This document shows positions 51,288-62,775 of a stretch of DNA of 64,000 nucleotides, in pieces (positions within the stretch are counted from its first letter, which is position 1; every line of letters begins with the position of its first letter). The notes under the pieces are model-generated. The model was not told where the DNA came from and searched no databases. It saw only the letters and a list, made by a program, of their open reading frames with translations. The position numbers were made by a program, and so were the translations under genes. This DNA comes from Camelus ferus (Eukaryota), in contig NC_045696.1 of NCBI RefSeq assembly GCF_009834535.1, positions 73,782,001 to 73,846,000 of the forward strand. Direction: 5' to 3'.

Positions 51288-52655
51288 AACCACTGTACAG
51301 TTTTCAAAATCAGGACATTAAAATTGCTATAGCACTATAACTTAAACTAAAAACCTAATAAAGTATCACCAACTGTTCCACTAACGTCCTCTCTCTGCAA
51401 CAGGGTCACATATTGCATTCACTTGTCATGTCTCTTTCATCTCTTTTATTCTGGAACAGTTCATCATTCTTAGTCTTTCATGTCCTGGCCACTTTTGAAG
51501 AAAATGGGCTAGTTATTTTGTAGAAGGTTCTTCAATTTTGTTTTGTCTGGTATTTTTCCTCACTATTAAACTCAGATTATGCATTTTTGACAAGAATACC
51601 ACAAAAGCGGTGTTGGCGCTTTGTAGTGCATCATAGTAGGAGGTGCTGATACCATTTTGAACCTCTGGCTAGTAGAGCTAGCACTGATCTCTTGGTCAAG
51701 GTGGTGTCTTCCAGCTTTTCTCTCCTGTGAATGTAAGATTTTCCCCTTTGTAATTAATAAATCTCTTATAGGAAGACATTTTAAGACTACACAAATCAGC
51801 TGTTTTTCATCACAAATTTGGCCATGAATTTTAGCATACATTAAAGATTCTTGCCTGAAACAATTATTACTGTGGTCTTTGCCAAATGGTAGTTTTCCAT
51901 TTCCATTTTCCTTTAGCATTTATTAGTGGAAAACTACTATAAGAAATAGCTTTTCCTTCTCCTCATTTATTTATTAATTCAACTATTTATTTCAGCATGG
52001 ACTCAATAATCATTTTATTTGGGGGATTCTAATCCAGTATTGTCACTATTTTGTTACTCAAATTGTGGCAGACTTGGCTATTGGGAATCTCTTCAAGTTG
52101 GCTCCCCTGCCCTCTGACATGACTTCATCATTTTTTGAGTACTTCCTTACTTGCTGACAATTCTCACTGGTGCTGGGATGTCATTGCCTCTGGACCTTTT
52201 CAGCACACAGGCCTAGGAGCTATGTGCACACCCCTCCACACACACACACAACTACACCCACACACACACAGAGCTGTATCTGTCTATATATTAAAAAAAC
52301 ATGAGTTTATACTCCAATTCCATTCCAACCCTACAGTAGTTATTCTAGTCTTTTCCTTTTCCTTATTTTAAACAAATTTTATCCTCAAATATGTCCTCAT
52401 GCTTCTTTGCACAATTCCCTCTCCTTACCCCAAACTTCCACAGATCCGAGTTCTTTACCTATAGTGTTATCTTTTCTGGAATGTCATATAGTTGGAATCA
52501 TAGAGTATGTAGTCTTTTGTGTCTGGATTTTGTCAGTTAACATAATACTTCTGAAATTCATACATGTAACATGTATTAGTGGTTTGTTCCTTTTTATTGG
52601 TGAGTGGTATTACATTGTATGATGTACCACAATTTGTTTATCCATTTTCCAGTTG
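51288..52655 (-). mobile_element. Old L1MC/MD and L1MB-like 3' fragments
   Basis: catattgcattcacttgtcatgtctct...ttttgaag..gggctagttattttgtagaa...cagattatgcatttttgacaagaatacc; ttttctggaatgtcatatagttggaatcata. Confidence 0.8.
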
Positions 52656-52904
52656 ATATTTTTTATTTTTATTTTTTAATTGAAGTATAGTTGATTTACA
52701 ATGTTATATTATTTTCAGGTATACAGTAAAGTGATTCAGATATATATATATATATATATATAGTTTTTCAGACTCTTTTCCATTATAGGTTATTACAAGA
52801 TATTAAATATAGTTCCCTGTGCTATACAGTAGATCCTTGTCATTTGTCTGTTCTATATATAATAGTGTGTATCTGTTAATCCTCAACTCCTAGTTTATCC
52901 CCCT
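52656..52904 (-). mobile_element. Younger L1 3' terminus with internal (TA)n
   Basis: tttttaattgaagtatagttgatttacaatgtt...ttccattataggttattacaagatatt.aatatagttccctgtgctatacagta. Confidence 0.9.
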
Positions 52905-53078
52905 GTTGTTTAGTTGTATTAGTTCGTTTGTCACATCAATTATTTATACATTATTCCTTCTTTGTCCTCATTTTTTATTTGTAATAATCTACAATCATGT
53001 TATATACATACACACACACACTTATTTGGGCTTATATTTTCTCAGTTATTTTTTGGTTGGACAAAGCTTATTCTCTAG

Positions 53079-53330
53079 AACTATGCTGTCCAGTGATGTC
53101 ACTAACAGCATGTGGATTTTAAGCACTTGAAATATGGTTATACTGAATTAAGATGTGGTATAAGTATAAAATACAGACTGGATTCTAAAGACTTAGTGCA
53201 AGAAAAAGTGTAGAATATTTCATTATATGTTATACGTTGACATTTTAATATTTTGGGCATATTGTGTTGAACGGTGTCTATTATTAATTGCACCTCTTTT
53301 TTACTTTTTAAAAATTGGCTAAAGCTATCA
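53079..53330. mobile_element. MER33-like hAT-Charlie element
   Basis: gctgtcca...catgtgg.ttttaagcacttgaaat.tgg..actgaatt.agatgtg..taagt.taaaataca. Confidence 0.75.
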
Positions 53331-53508
53331 AATATATTTTGAAAAACACAGTAATTATTTCATTGTGTTTAAAAAAAACAAGAAAAGATATAGGGGTCTG
53401 GGGAAGGGAGGCAATCATTGATTCTTGGAATCCTCGGACAAGGAGGTGAACGTGATTTAGAGTTTGAATCATTTGCAAGTTGCTTGTTTCACATAATAAC
53501 ATGTTGTG

Positions 53509-53870
53509 TGTACTAATTACTAAGCTGTTGCCATTTAGCTTCAAATCCACTCTTCTTTACTATGTGCGATGCTAGGGCTGGGACTCTGCAATCATGTTTC
53601 TACTTTCCTGGAATGCTCTGCCAGTAGGAGGTGCTAGAGGAAGACAAAAAGGCTTAAGGAGGAAAAACGGACTAGAGGCTTTTTGGTCAGCTTCCTGTTC
53701 AGCTTTTACTTCTTGTTCCTGTCATTTGGTTCTGGCAGCAATTGGTTTCTGAAGGAATACGCGGTCCTAGTTTGCAGGGTTTTTTAGAACCAGTCCCCTC
53801 CTCACAGGTTTAAGTCCCAGCTCTATGGGTCCCTCCTCCAAACTTTACAGTTTTAGAAACTGTGTCCAGT
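53509..53870 (+). mobile_element. LTR41-like ERVL LTR carrying a CTCF motif
   Basis: tgtactaattact...cttcaaatccactcttc...gatgctagggctggactctgcaa...ctctgccagtaggaggtgctagagg matches recalled LTR41. Confidence 0.75.
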
Positions 53871-54991
53871 TTTACATTTGCATTTATCTGGAAGAAATTC
53901 CAAAATGTATTAGCTCTTATAGAGGGCAAATTACTACTTAATATACTGGACAATGTTACTTCTCTGCTGAACGCTTCCTGGTGAATTTTTTGAAAATAAA
54001 ATTTGTATTATGATTACAAAAAGAATCTATATTCATGTCAAAATACTTTCAGAAAGTCTTGTGACAATTTATATTCCCACTTGCAATGTATGAGAGTGCC
54101 TGCCTTAAGCTAGTGGAATTTTAAAAAGAATAATGTTCAGATTATGATTATAAAGGAAATACATATTTATAAGAAATAATTTAGAAAATACAAAAAACTG
54201 AAGAAGAAAATTAAAATTACCTCAAATCTAATTCCTTATATATAAGTAGTATTAAGTTTTAGTGTATTTTTTTCAAATTATTAAGGCTATTTTTAACTTA
54301 AAAAAACTGTCAAAATGATACATATTGTTTGTAAAAAATTCTAACAATTTAAAAGTAAAAGGTTCTTTACCTCTTTCCCTTCTTTCTCTAATTTCAATTC
54401 CTGGATGCTATCTTGCTTTTCAAATTAGCATTTTGAAATACTTTTCATGTTATTATAAACTTTGATATAAATTACCTAATATAGCATTATATGAATACAT
54501 GCAAATTTATTTACACACTGTCAGAGGGTGAGATTGTTTCCAATATTTCCCTATCATAAGTTTTGTAGTGAACATCTTTGTACAAAGTTTATTTTTCTGA
54601 ATTTAATTTTTTTTCCCAGAAGTGGAATCACTGAGTTAAAGGGTATTCGTATCTTTTAAGGTCTTGATATCTAACGTAAAATTGCTTTTGAAAAAAATTG
54701 TGAATTTATACTTCCAAGAACAATAGAATTTCTAATCCTGGAGTTTTCAGTACCATGACTGATAACAGATTCTCAATAAGAGGCTTTCTGTATTATTGTA
54801 AAGCCATCTTACACATATGCCTTTTTAGTTACACTAATTTAACTGCATTGCCTGTCCAATCATATCCTCTATAATGAGATTGATTCCAAATAAAAGGTAT
54901 GTCAACCTCTAAAAATAATGTATCTATTCTACCCCAGATGAACAACACCTGGCAATTTTACATCCTTGGGATATCCTATTGGACACCATCT

Positions 54992-55183
54992 CAGTGGCTG
55001 TTAAACTTTAGAGCGCATAATAATCCCAGGGCTGGGGATGGGGGCAGGAGTAGGCTGTCAAAATGCAGAAGATGGGCTTGAACTCTGCAGAGTCTGAGTT
55101 AGTAAGTCTGAGGTTGGGACCCTGAAATCTGTTTTTTTAACAAGGGATTCTAGCCATGGTCTCTTGCTATATGAAGAGAAACT
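54992..55183 (+). mobile_element. MER5A/B (hAT-Charlie)
   Basis: cagtggctgttaaacttt...aaaatgcaga...cagagtctgagttagtaagtctgagg..ggaccctgaaatctg.tttttaacaag. Confidence 0.8.
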
Positions 55184-56479
55184 GCTCTGTGGATTGAATC
55201 ACTGTTTCTTTATGGGTTTTTTTTTGGTAATTAACAGTGATTGATTGTGGAAGGGAGCCATTGGGTAAAAATAAATGTGGCCCACACTGGGTTAAATATA
55301 TTAAATAGGTTTAAATATATTTTTCAGAATGTTTAGTATGCTAAAGTTACTTTGTGAATTTCCAAGGAGGGCTTTTTTTGTGTGTGTGAAATATTCCAAA
55401 TATATACAATTCACTGGATTCATTTTATTGTTTATTTTGTTCAGTTTGTTTTGTTTCAGGGTAGGCCAACTATTAACATCTGGTGTTCCTTGGAGCAAAA
55501 TTTAGAAATCCTAGATTAAGTGATTTTTCTATTATAGTATTTTCCATTATCCCCTTAGTACCTTTAAAATTTTAATAAACTTCCCTAGGCACATAGCTTT
55601 TAGTATGGTTTAGACAAATTAAAATATATTTTGTAAAATCTAAATTATCAGGGCTGGACTAAGTGGACCAGGAAAATCCTAGCAACCATGCATTAACTTC
55701 TTCTCTTTATATTCAAATGCCTTTTCTGTTCATTCTCTTAATAAAAAGTATACCAAAGAAACTTGTTTTGAAGCTCTCCATTTCCTATTAATGCCTATTA
55801 ACTAAAGTAAGATGTGATCTAGAAGAACTTCATATAATAGAAGTAAAGCCCACGTGACCAAAAATTTAACACTCATCCAACAACAACTGCTTTAGAAGTA
55901 GCAGGGTCTTTATTGTTTAGAATTTCTGATGTTGGGGTTTTATTCAAAGGGTTATAAAAAAAGGTCTTTTGAAACACTCCTGTAGCAAATTATTTTGGCT
56001 GAATTATAAATCCTTAAAAGCAGGGTTTTATTATAATGGAAACAGAGTTAGAAAAAACTCTAACAGCATTTGTAGGCAGCACTGTATAATGAGGATTGAG
56101 TGCATTGCTATATTATGATTGCAAGTGTATCTTTTCACTATCTCGGTTAAGCACTCCTAGATTTTATACACAGTGTTATTGGTCAAGTACTCTATGAGTT
56201 TCCCTGTTTCTTTTCAATTGATTGTTTAACACATCTTCTGCATATGAAGCACCACGATCCCAGATGACCCTGTCAGGTTTAAATTATTAGCCCTGGATCA
56301 TTCTTCTGTTAGAAATGTTCTACATATTTATCTTAGAAGTAAATAACTGCTTCAACTTAACATGTCAACAACTCTATAAAACGTTCTAGCCAACTTGGAT
56401 GAGTCCTATCTTCTTAATAGCGGCATCTTAAATTTGGCTGGCTGATACGAATAGGAAGGACAATGAAGGTCAGCTAACT

Positions 56480-57105
56480 TGGTACTGGTGCTTTATAATT
56501 TGCAAAGCATTAAATATACTGATCAAATCAGAGAAAACTTGAAATAATCCTGTTTTCATCTCCATTTTGCAAAGGTGGAGAAACTGAGACTCAACTAAAT
56601 TAAGCAATTTATCAAAAATGTCTTATTGAGCAAATGATGCGGCTAGGACTCAGAGCCAGGTAATTCAATGTGAAAACCTGTATTCTTTTTACCATATAAA
56701 GTTTCATTTCTCCAAGTCACCATCCACTCAGACTGTATAAACTCCAAGAGAAGTTACTTGTTTAAATCCACATTCACCTTAAAGATCACCAAGGAATCCA
56801 CCAACTTTCCAGTTACAAACACTTTCCATGTAATTTCACAAAGGCAGTGGGGTGTAGGGCACTGAGTCAATTACAAAGACCTGGCTTGAGTACCTGCTGT
56901 ATCCACTTACTAGTCCTGTAACCTTGAGAATGTTACTTTCCATGAGCCTGGTTCCTATTTGTAAAAATGGGGGCAGTAGCATTTACTTCAGGGGGCTGTT
57001 ATGAATTAAATTAATTTTATGAAAGTTATAAAAATATTTATGGACTATGCCCAGCATAATACTAAGGATACCAGTAATTTCTCAAGGAGTGGAATGGTAG
57101 CTATT
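56480..57105. mobile_element. Two MIRs (~56480-56700 minus; ~56845-57105 plus)
   Basis: ctccattttgcaaag..gagaaactgagactca; ccacttactag..ctgtaaccttgag...gtaaaaatgggg. Confidence 0.8.
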
Positions 57106-57126
57106 TTTAACCTCATTTGCAGAAAT

Positions 57127-57440
57127 TGACAATGTTAAATTTTACCTGAGCCCTCTGATCCTGGAAAACAGTGAAGGTTAAGAAATCTTGTCTTTTGTGC
57201 TCTGAAAAATGACTTAAGAAGACTCAAAGATGCCTCCCTTGTTTAAACGCAACAAAGCCCGACATAGACCCTCGCAATTCCTTTTCTTTCTCTCATAAAT
57301 GATCAGTTAAATTGCTTGTTCCAGTTGATCAGGTGGAACAAAATACTTGTTAACCAAACTTTGGTTACTCTTTTTTCTATCTTCCAGAACCCTGAACTTT
57401 GGCCCACTCTAATCCTGAACCAGCATACAACCTCTCCTAA
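57127..57440 (+). mobile_element. ERV1 LTR, MER67/MER90-like, 3'-truncated
   Basis: tgacaatgttaaattttacctgagccct..g.tcctggaaaacagtgaaggttaagaaatc...aagactca.agatgcc.cccttgttta. Confidence 0.7.
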
Positions 57441-57745
57441 GGGAGAGAGAAGTGGGAGGTGAGGAGGGGGAGAAGAGAGGGAGAGAGGTAGAGGCAGAGA
57501 GAGCTAAGGGGAGAGAGAAATGTGGAGAGAGAGTGAGAGATAGAAGGGAGAGAGGGACAGAGAGAAAGAGAGAGAATGAGCTCTCTGGTGCCTCTTATTA
57601 TAAGGACGCTAATCCTATTGGGTTAGGGCCCCATTCCATGATGTTATTTAATCTTAATTACTTCCTTACTCCAAATACAGCCACACTGGGAATTAGGGTT
57701 TCAACATATGTATTTTGGGGGGGACATACATTCCATCCACAATAG
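57441..57745 (-). mobile_element. MaLR (MLT1A/MST-like) LTR end with expanded GA-rich tract
   Basis: GA-rich 57441-57575, then gagctctctggtgcctctt.ttataagg.c.ctaatcc...ttagggtttcaacatatg.attttggggggacata. Confidence 0.85.
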
Positions 57746-58239
57746 ACATATTTACTATAAAAGTTTAAATGAGCATATAAAAAATTAGTGAAAATGTTCC
57801 TCTTTCCCTTTCTATTTCCACTCCAGAGACAACCACTATTCCAGTCTTTTTCTTATGTTCACACAAACATATATGAGGAGAGAATACATATATGCTTACA
57901 CATGAATACATGTGACCATGTATGTTTAGATTTTGGTTCTAATGGAATCATAGTTTCCATATTGTTTTGCCTTTTGCTTTTTCACTGTATGATACATCCT
58001 AGACAGCTTTCCAACACAGGTCATATGGATCTATTTTATTATTTTAAAGAGCTACTTAGATTCCATTTTGGTACTATCATTTGTTTAAGGATATTTTGGT
58101 TATTCTCATTATTTTTGCCTAAGCTACATTTTAAACACTTTAAAGCAAGGATAAAAATCATTTAATACAGTGTAAGTCTAGTTTTGAGTAAGTAAAACAC
58201 ACACATTTAAAAAAGGCTAGACAAAAACAAATCAAAATA

Positions 58240-59309
58240 TTAAACTTACAAACTTTTGCAAAGGAAACCTTCAACAAAATGAAAAGACAACCTGCCGAAT
58301 GGGAGAAAATATTTGCAAATGATATGACTGATAAGGGGTTACTATCCAACATACATAAACAACTCATACAACTCATCATCAAAAACAAACAACCTGACTG
58401 AAGAATGGGCAGAAGGATGAATAGACATTTTTCCAAAGAGGACATGCAGATGGCCAACAAGCACATTAAAAGATGCTCAACCTCATTAATCATCAAGGAA
58501 ATGCAAATCAAAACCACAGTGAGATACCACCTCACACCTGTTAGAATAGCTATCATTCAAAAGAACACAACAAATGTTGGCAAGGATGTGGAGAAAAAGG
58601 AACCCCCTCACACTGTTAGTGGGAGTATAAATTCGTGCAGCCACTGTGGAAAACAATATGGAGTTTTCTCAAAAAAGTAAAAATAGAACTACCATATGAC
58701 CCAGCAATTCTACTCCTGGGTATATATCTGAAAAAAACAAAAACAGTAACTCTAAAAGACACATGCACCCCAATGTTCAGAGCAGCATTATTTACAATAG
58801 CCAAGATATGGAAGCAAACTAAATGCCCATTAGCAGATGAATGGATGAAGAAGACGTGGTATATATATTTAAATGGAATACTACTCAGCCATAAAAAGAA
58901 TTAAATTTTGCCATTTGCAGAACATGGTTAGACTTGGAGGGCATTATGTTAAGTGAAATAAGCCAGACAGAGAAAGACAAAAATTATGTGATATCATTTA
59001 TATGTGGAATCTAAAAAATACAACAAACTAGTGAATAAAACAAAATAGAAACAGACTCATAGATATAGAGAAGAAACTAGTAGTTACCAGATGGGAGGAG
59101 GGGAAGGGCAATACAGGGGTGGGGGAGTGAAAGGTACAAATTATTGTACTATTATTGGGTGTAAGGTAGGCTCAAGAATCTATTGTACAGCATGGGAATA
59201 TAGCCAATATTTTGTAGTAACTGTAAATGGAAAGTAACCTTTAAAAATTAAAACAAAAAACAAAAAACAAGTTGCAGTTAGTTAAAGCCCAAAAAAATAA
59301 ATAAATAAA
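58240..59309 (+). mobile_element. 5'-truncated L1: ORF2 C-terminus, 3'UTR and A-rich tail
   Basis: ORFs give [34 protein letters not shown] and [26 protein letters not shown] (ORF2p C-terminal domain), frameshifted. G-rich 3'UTR tract near 59093-59125. Confidence 0.97.
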
Positions 59310-60998
59310 GTGCTTATTTCTACATGGCAGAAATAAAATAGTTTCATTATTAAAAAAAATAATTTGCTATATTTTCTGCCTCACACTTGGTAAAGTTGCT
59401 GAACTTTTTTTTTTTTTCAGTTTCTATGGACAGTCTTGTATTAGGGTGTTAGGGATTTCTGCTCTGTATCTCTGCTGCAAAAAATGACACTTCGACCGTT
59501 CTATAAGTTACTTAGTTTAGCTGTAAACACTAGCCAAAATAACTTTTAATTGTATCATCATCATCATTATCACTCTATTTCCATAAAGCAGTAGGTTCTT
59601 TTAGGAGAAAACTGTGTGTCAAGGAGAATGTATATGGGTTTTGCTTTTGACAGACTTGGGATTTAAACCTATTTGGACGGTGTGACTTGGAAAGGTTAAC
59701 TTTGTTTCTCTTGGCTCAGTTTCCTCAGCTGCTAAAGAGAAACTTGTGAAAATTAGAGAGCAGGAGAGGGAAGAGCCCACTTGTTGCATTCAGATGCAAC
59801 AAGGCAGACACACCTTTAATTTCTCACCGTATCTGCCCATGATGAGTGGAATCTATAGTCTGTGTAATGTCCTTCTGGCCCTCCCTTGAATATGTGTGAA
59901 ATACATAAGAAAGAAAATTTGAGTTCTCTCTCTGCAACCAGTTTACACAATGGTAAGCCAGCCCTATGTCATTTCTCCTTTAAATTGTTTTTATTCTGTA
60001 ACACACTTGCCTTTTTCTGTTATGCAAGCATTTTAAAAGCTATTTTGAGGGGAGGAATATTGCTAACTCCAGGCTGGTTTTCAAGAAAAGGTCAGGACAG
60101 ATTTTGTGGGTCGGGTTACTTCCTCTGGCATCCCGCTGAAAAGAATCTGAGGTCTGCAGTGCCCTTGGGCAGTGCTGTGCAGTAGAAGCAGTTAGGTCCC
60201 TGTCCCAAGCTCCAGCCAGGTCTGTTCCCGTAGGCTAAACTAACCCAGGTTAGGGCGGCAGATGGCCCGGCTCTGTAGGGGAGCCTTTACAGGGGGAGGG
60301 AGTTGGCTTTCCGAGAGCTTTCCCTTAGCGTCAGAAAATGACCTGGCTGCAGGCTGTTCACAGTTGTATCTCCACCCAAGCCTGGGAGCACAGGACAGTC
60401 TCCAGTTCTTCATTTCAGTGTTGGAGACAAACTCCTCCCTTTCTGCACTTAAAGAAAAAAAGAAAGGATAGACATGCAGGGTATTAATACAAAGCCAAAA
60501 GTGTAAAAAAACCCCCCAAAACACCGAACTATAAAGTCTTCTCTATTTGTCCCCTTCCCCAATGTTAAAATAATTAATGTATACAACTTGATACATATAA
60601 AAGTATAAATATATATATATTTATATATATAAACCCTATATATAGCATTTCATACATACACACACACTATATATGTGTATATATATATCTCACACACCCT
60701 TAACTCTTATCTGGTTATGTGTGTAAATACTTTTTTTTCAGAAGGTGGTATGATATTATCGGTATATAAGCTACAGTAACTGAAGCTAGGGTGACAGAAC
60801 ATAAAATTATAGGCGCATTTGGCTTCCATTACTTTAAAAAAGTAATTCCACACATTTAAACCTCCTTCCCTCTCCCTGCCCTTCCTTGGAAAGCCTCACG
60901 ATGATCTTTCTTCTCAGACTTGCCAATTGTTTCATCCACGACTAAGTTTCGCTGAGAGGAGAGTCTGTGCAGGAAAACTCATACTTGCCTAGGTATTA

Positions 60999-61640
60999 CA
61001 GTAAGTCTTGCCCCATCCCTGGTTTTGCTTTCAGTGGTGTGTGGTTCCCCAAGGTCAACTGTGGTCCAAAAGTATTACATGGAAAATTCCAGAAATAAAC
61101 AATTCGTAAGTTTTCAATTGTGAGACTTTCTGAGTAGCATGTTGAAATCTTGCACCATCCCACCCCATTCTGCCAGGGATCCCCAACCAGCAGCACTGTC
61201 TGCTCCTGACATCAACTAGCCTCAAGCTCAATGATCCAGAGTCACCCAAAGCAGATGATCTTTCTGACATGTAGTCAGATGCTCAAATGTAGCCTAAAGC
61301 TAAGTCGCAATGCCTGTCATTCACCTCACTTCCTCTCATCAAGTAGGTGTTTTATCATCTCACACCATCACAAGAAGGGTGAGTGCAGTATAGTAATATA
61401 TTTTAAGAGAGAAAGACCACATTCACATAACTTTTATTATAGTATATTGTTTTAATTGTTCTATTTTATTGTTAGTTATTATTGTTAACCTTTTACTATG
61501 CTTAATTTAGAAATTAAACTTTATCATAGGTACATATATAGGAAAAAGTGTAGTCTATATAGGGATCGGTACTATCTGTGGTTTTTTGCATCCATTGCGG
61601 GTCTTGGAATGTATCCCCTGTGGATAAGGAGGCACTATTG
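60999..61640 (+). mobile_element. MER44/Tigger7-type TcMar element
   Basis: cagta.gtc...ggtcaactgtggtccaaaa.tatta.atggaaaattccagaaataaacaattc...tatcccctgtggataagg.ggcactattg, flanked by TA on both sides. Confidence 0.93.
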
Positions 61641-62669
61641 TATCTTTTTATATTTCCTTTTTTTAATTCCTGCACTCCTTTGGAGGCTTAATAAGTGGAA
61701 GGGAAAATTTTTTTAAAGAAATAATTTAAGTGTTTGCTTTGAAAGTCTTTATCTTAGTCTGTTGGTTTTGTGTCTAGTCATACTCGCCAGAGTTCAAGCT
61801 GAGAGACATAGACTTTGTCACAGCATTTGTTGAATTCTGCCCAACCCCCACCATCCCCCCACCCCTAGCCAGGCATTGTAATGACTGCATTAAAAAATGT
61901 TTCTAAAACAGGTTACTTGTGATACAATTTAAGGCTTATGTCCTCTTGTTCCCTGAGATAGAGTTATTTGTGCTCAGTTTTGATTAAGCCAATAATTGGA
62001 AAATAATCACATTCAAATGGGCTTTAGGATCTTGAATGGTACTTGGAAACTAACAAATACTTCTCCTTGAAGAAGCAGGTTGTTGGGAAAAACACAGTAC
62101 AGGAAGCTTTCGGATGGGTTTGCCCAGAGGCCATCTTATGTCTTCCAGGATTAGTTGCAGGAGAGTACTGGCAGGGAACACTTTATTTCCACAGAGTGAA
62201 CAAACAGGGATTCTGGCACTCTGCCAAATAGTTTGGCCTCAGGATAACTAGCCAAGTCTTTAAAAAATATTTTGTTAAGTTCCAATTTACTACCTATTTC
62301 CAGGTTGACCCTTTATAAAGATCTGTCTTTTTCCCAACTAGCCCCAAGGAAAGAGTTTCTGGCAGTTAGGAGTAGGGTGTTTTGGACAACCAATGGTTCC
62401 TCCCCTCAACCAGTTGTTACTCATCAAGAGGACAATTGCTCTTTCCTTCTTCACAATTCATTCAGTCATTGTCCCTTTAGCCCAAATGAACTGAGGTGAG
62501 CAGCACTGATGAAAACAAAGCCACACCTTGCTAATTATTTTTGCACCTGAACTGGATATGTCGTGCTTAATAAGCACTGTAATGTTCCTTTAATCAGTTG
62601 GGTTTTAAAGACCTCTTAATTCTTATTTAAGACAATTTTTAACTTATTGTTATTTGTTTCTATATTTTA

Positions 62670-62775
62670 TAGGCTCCATGAGAGCAGAAACTTTTTTATG
62701 CACTACTATATCCCCAGTACCTAGAACAGTACCTGGCACCCAGTAGGCCCTCAATAAGTATATGTGGAATGATAA
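62670..62775 (+). mobile_element. L2 3' terminus
   Basis: gctccatgagagcaga...tatccccagtacctagaacagtacctggcacccagtaggccctcaataagtat.tgtggaatga. Confidence 0.9.

Noticed and set aside
59250..59309. Possible L1 3' transduction (gttgcagttagttaaagccc between two A-rich tracts)
   Set aside because: Only 20 bp with no TSD identified; may simply be the subfamily's normal terminus.
59780..59803. Perfect 10-bp hairpin cttgttgcat-tcag-atgcaacaag
   Set aside because: Roughly one such stem is expected by chance in 64 kb of AT-rich DNA, and it is too short for a pre-miRNA.
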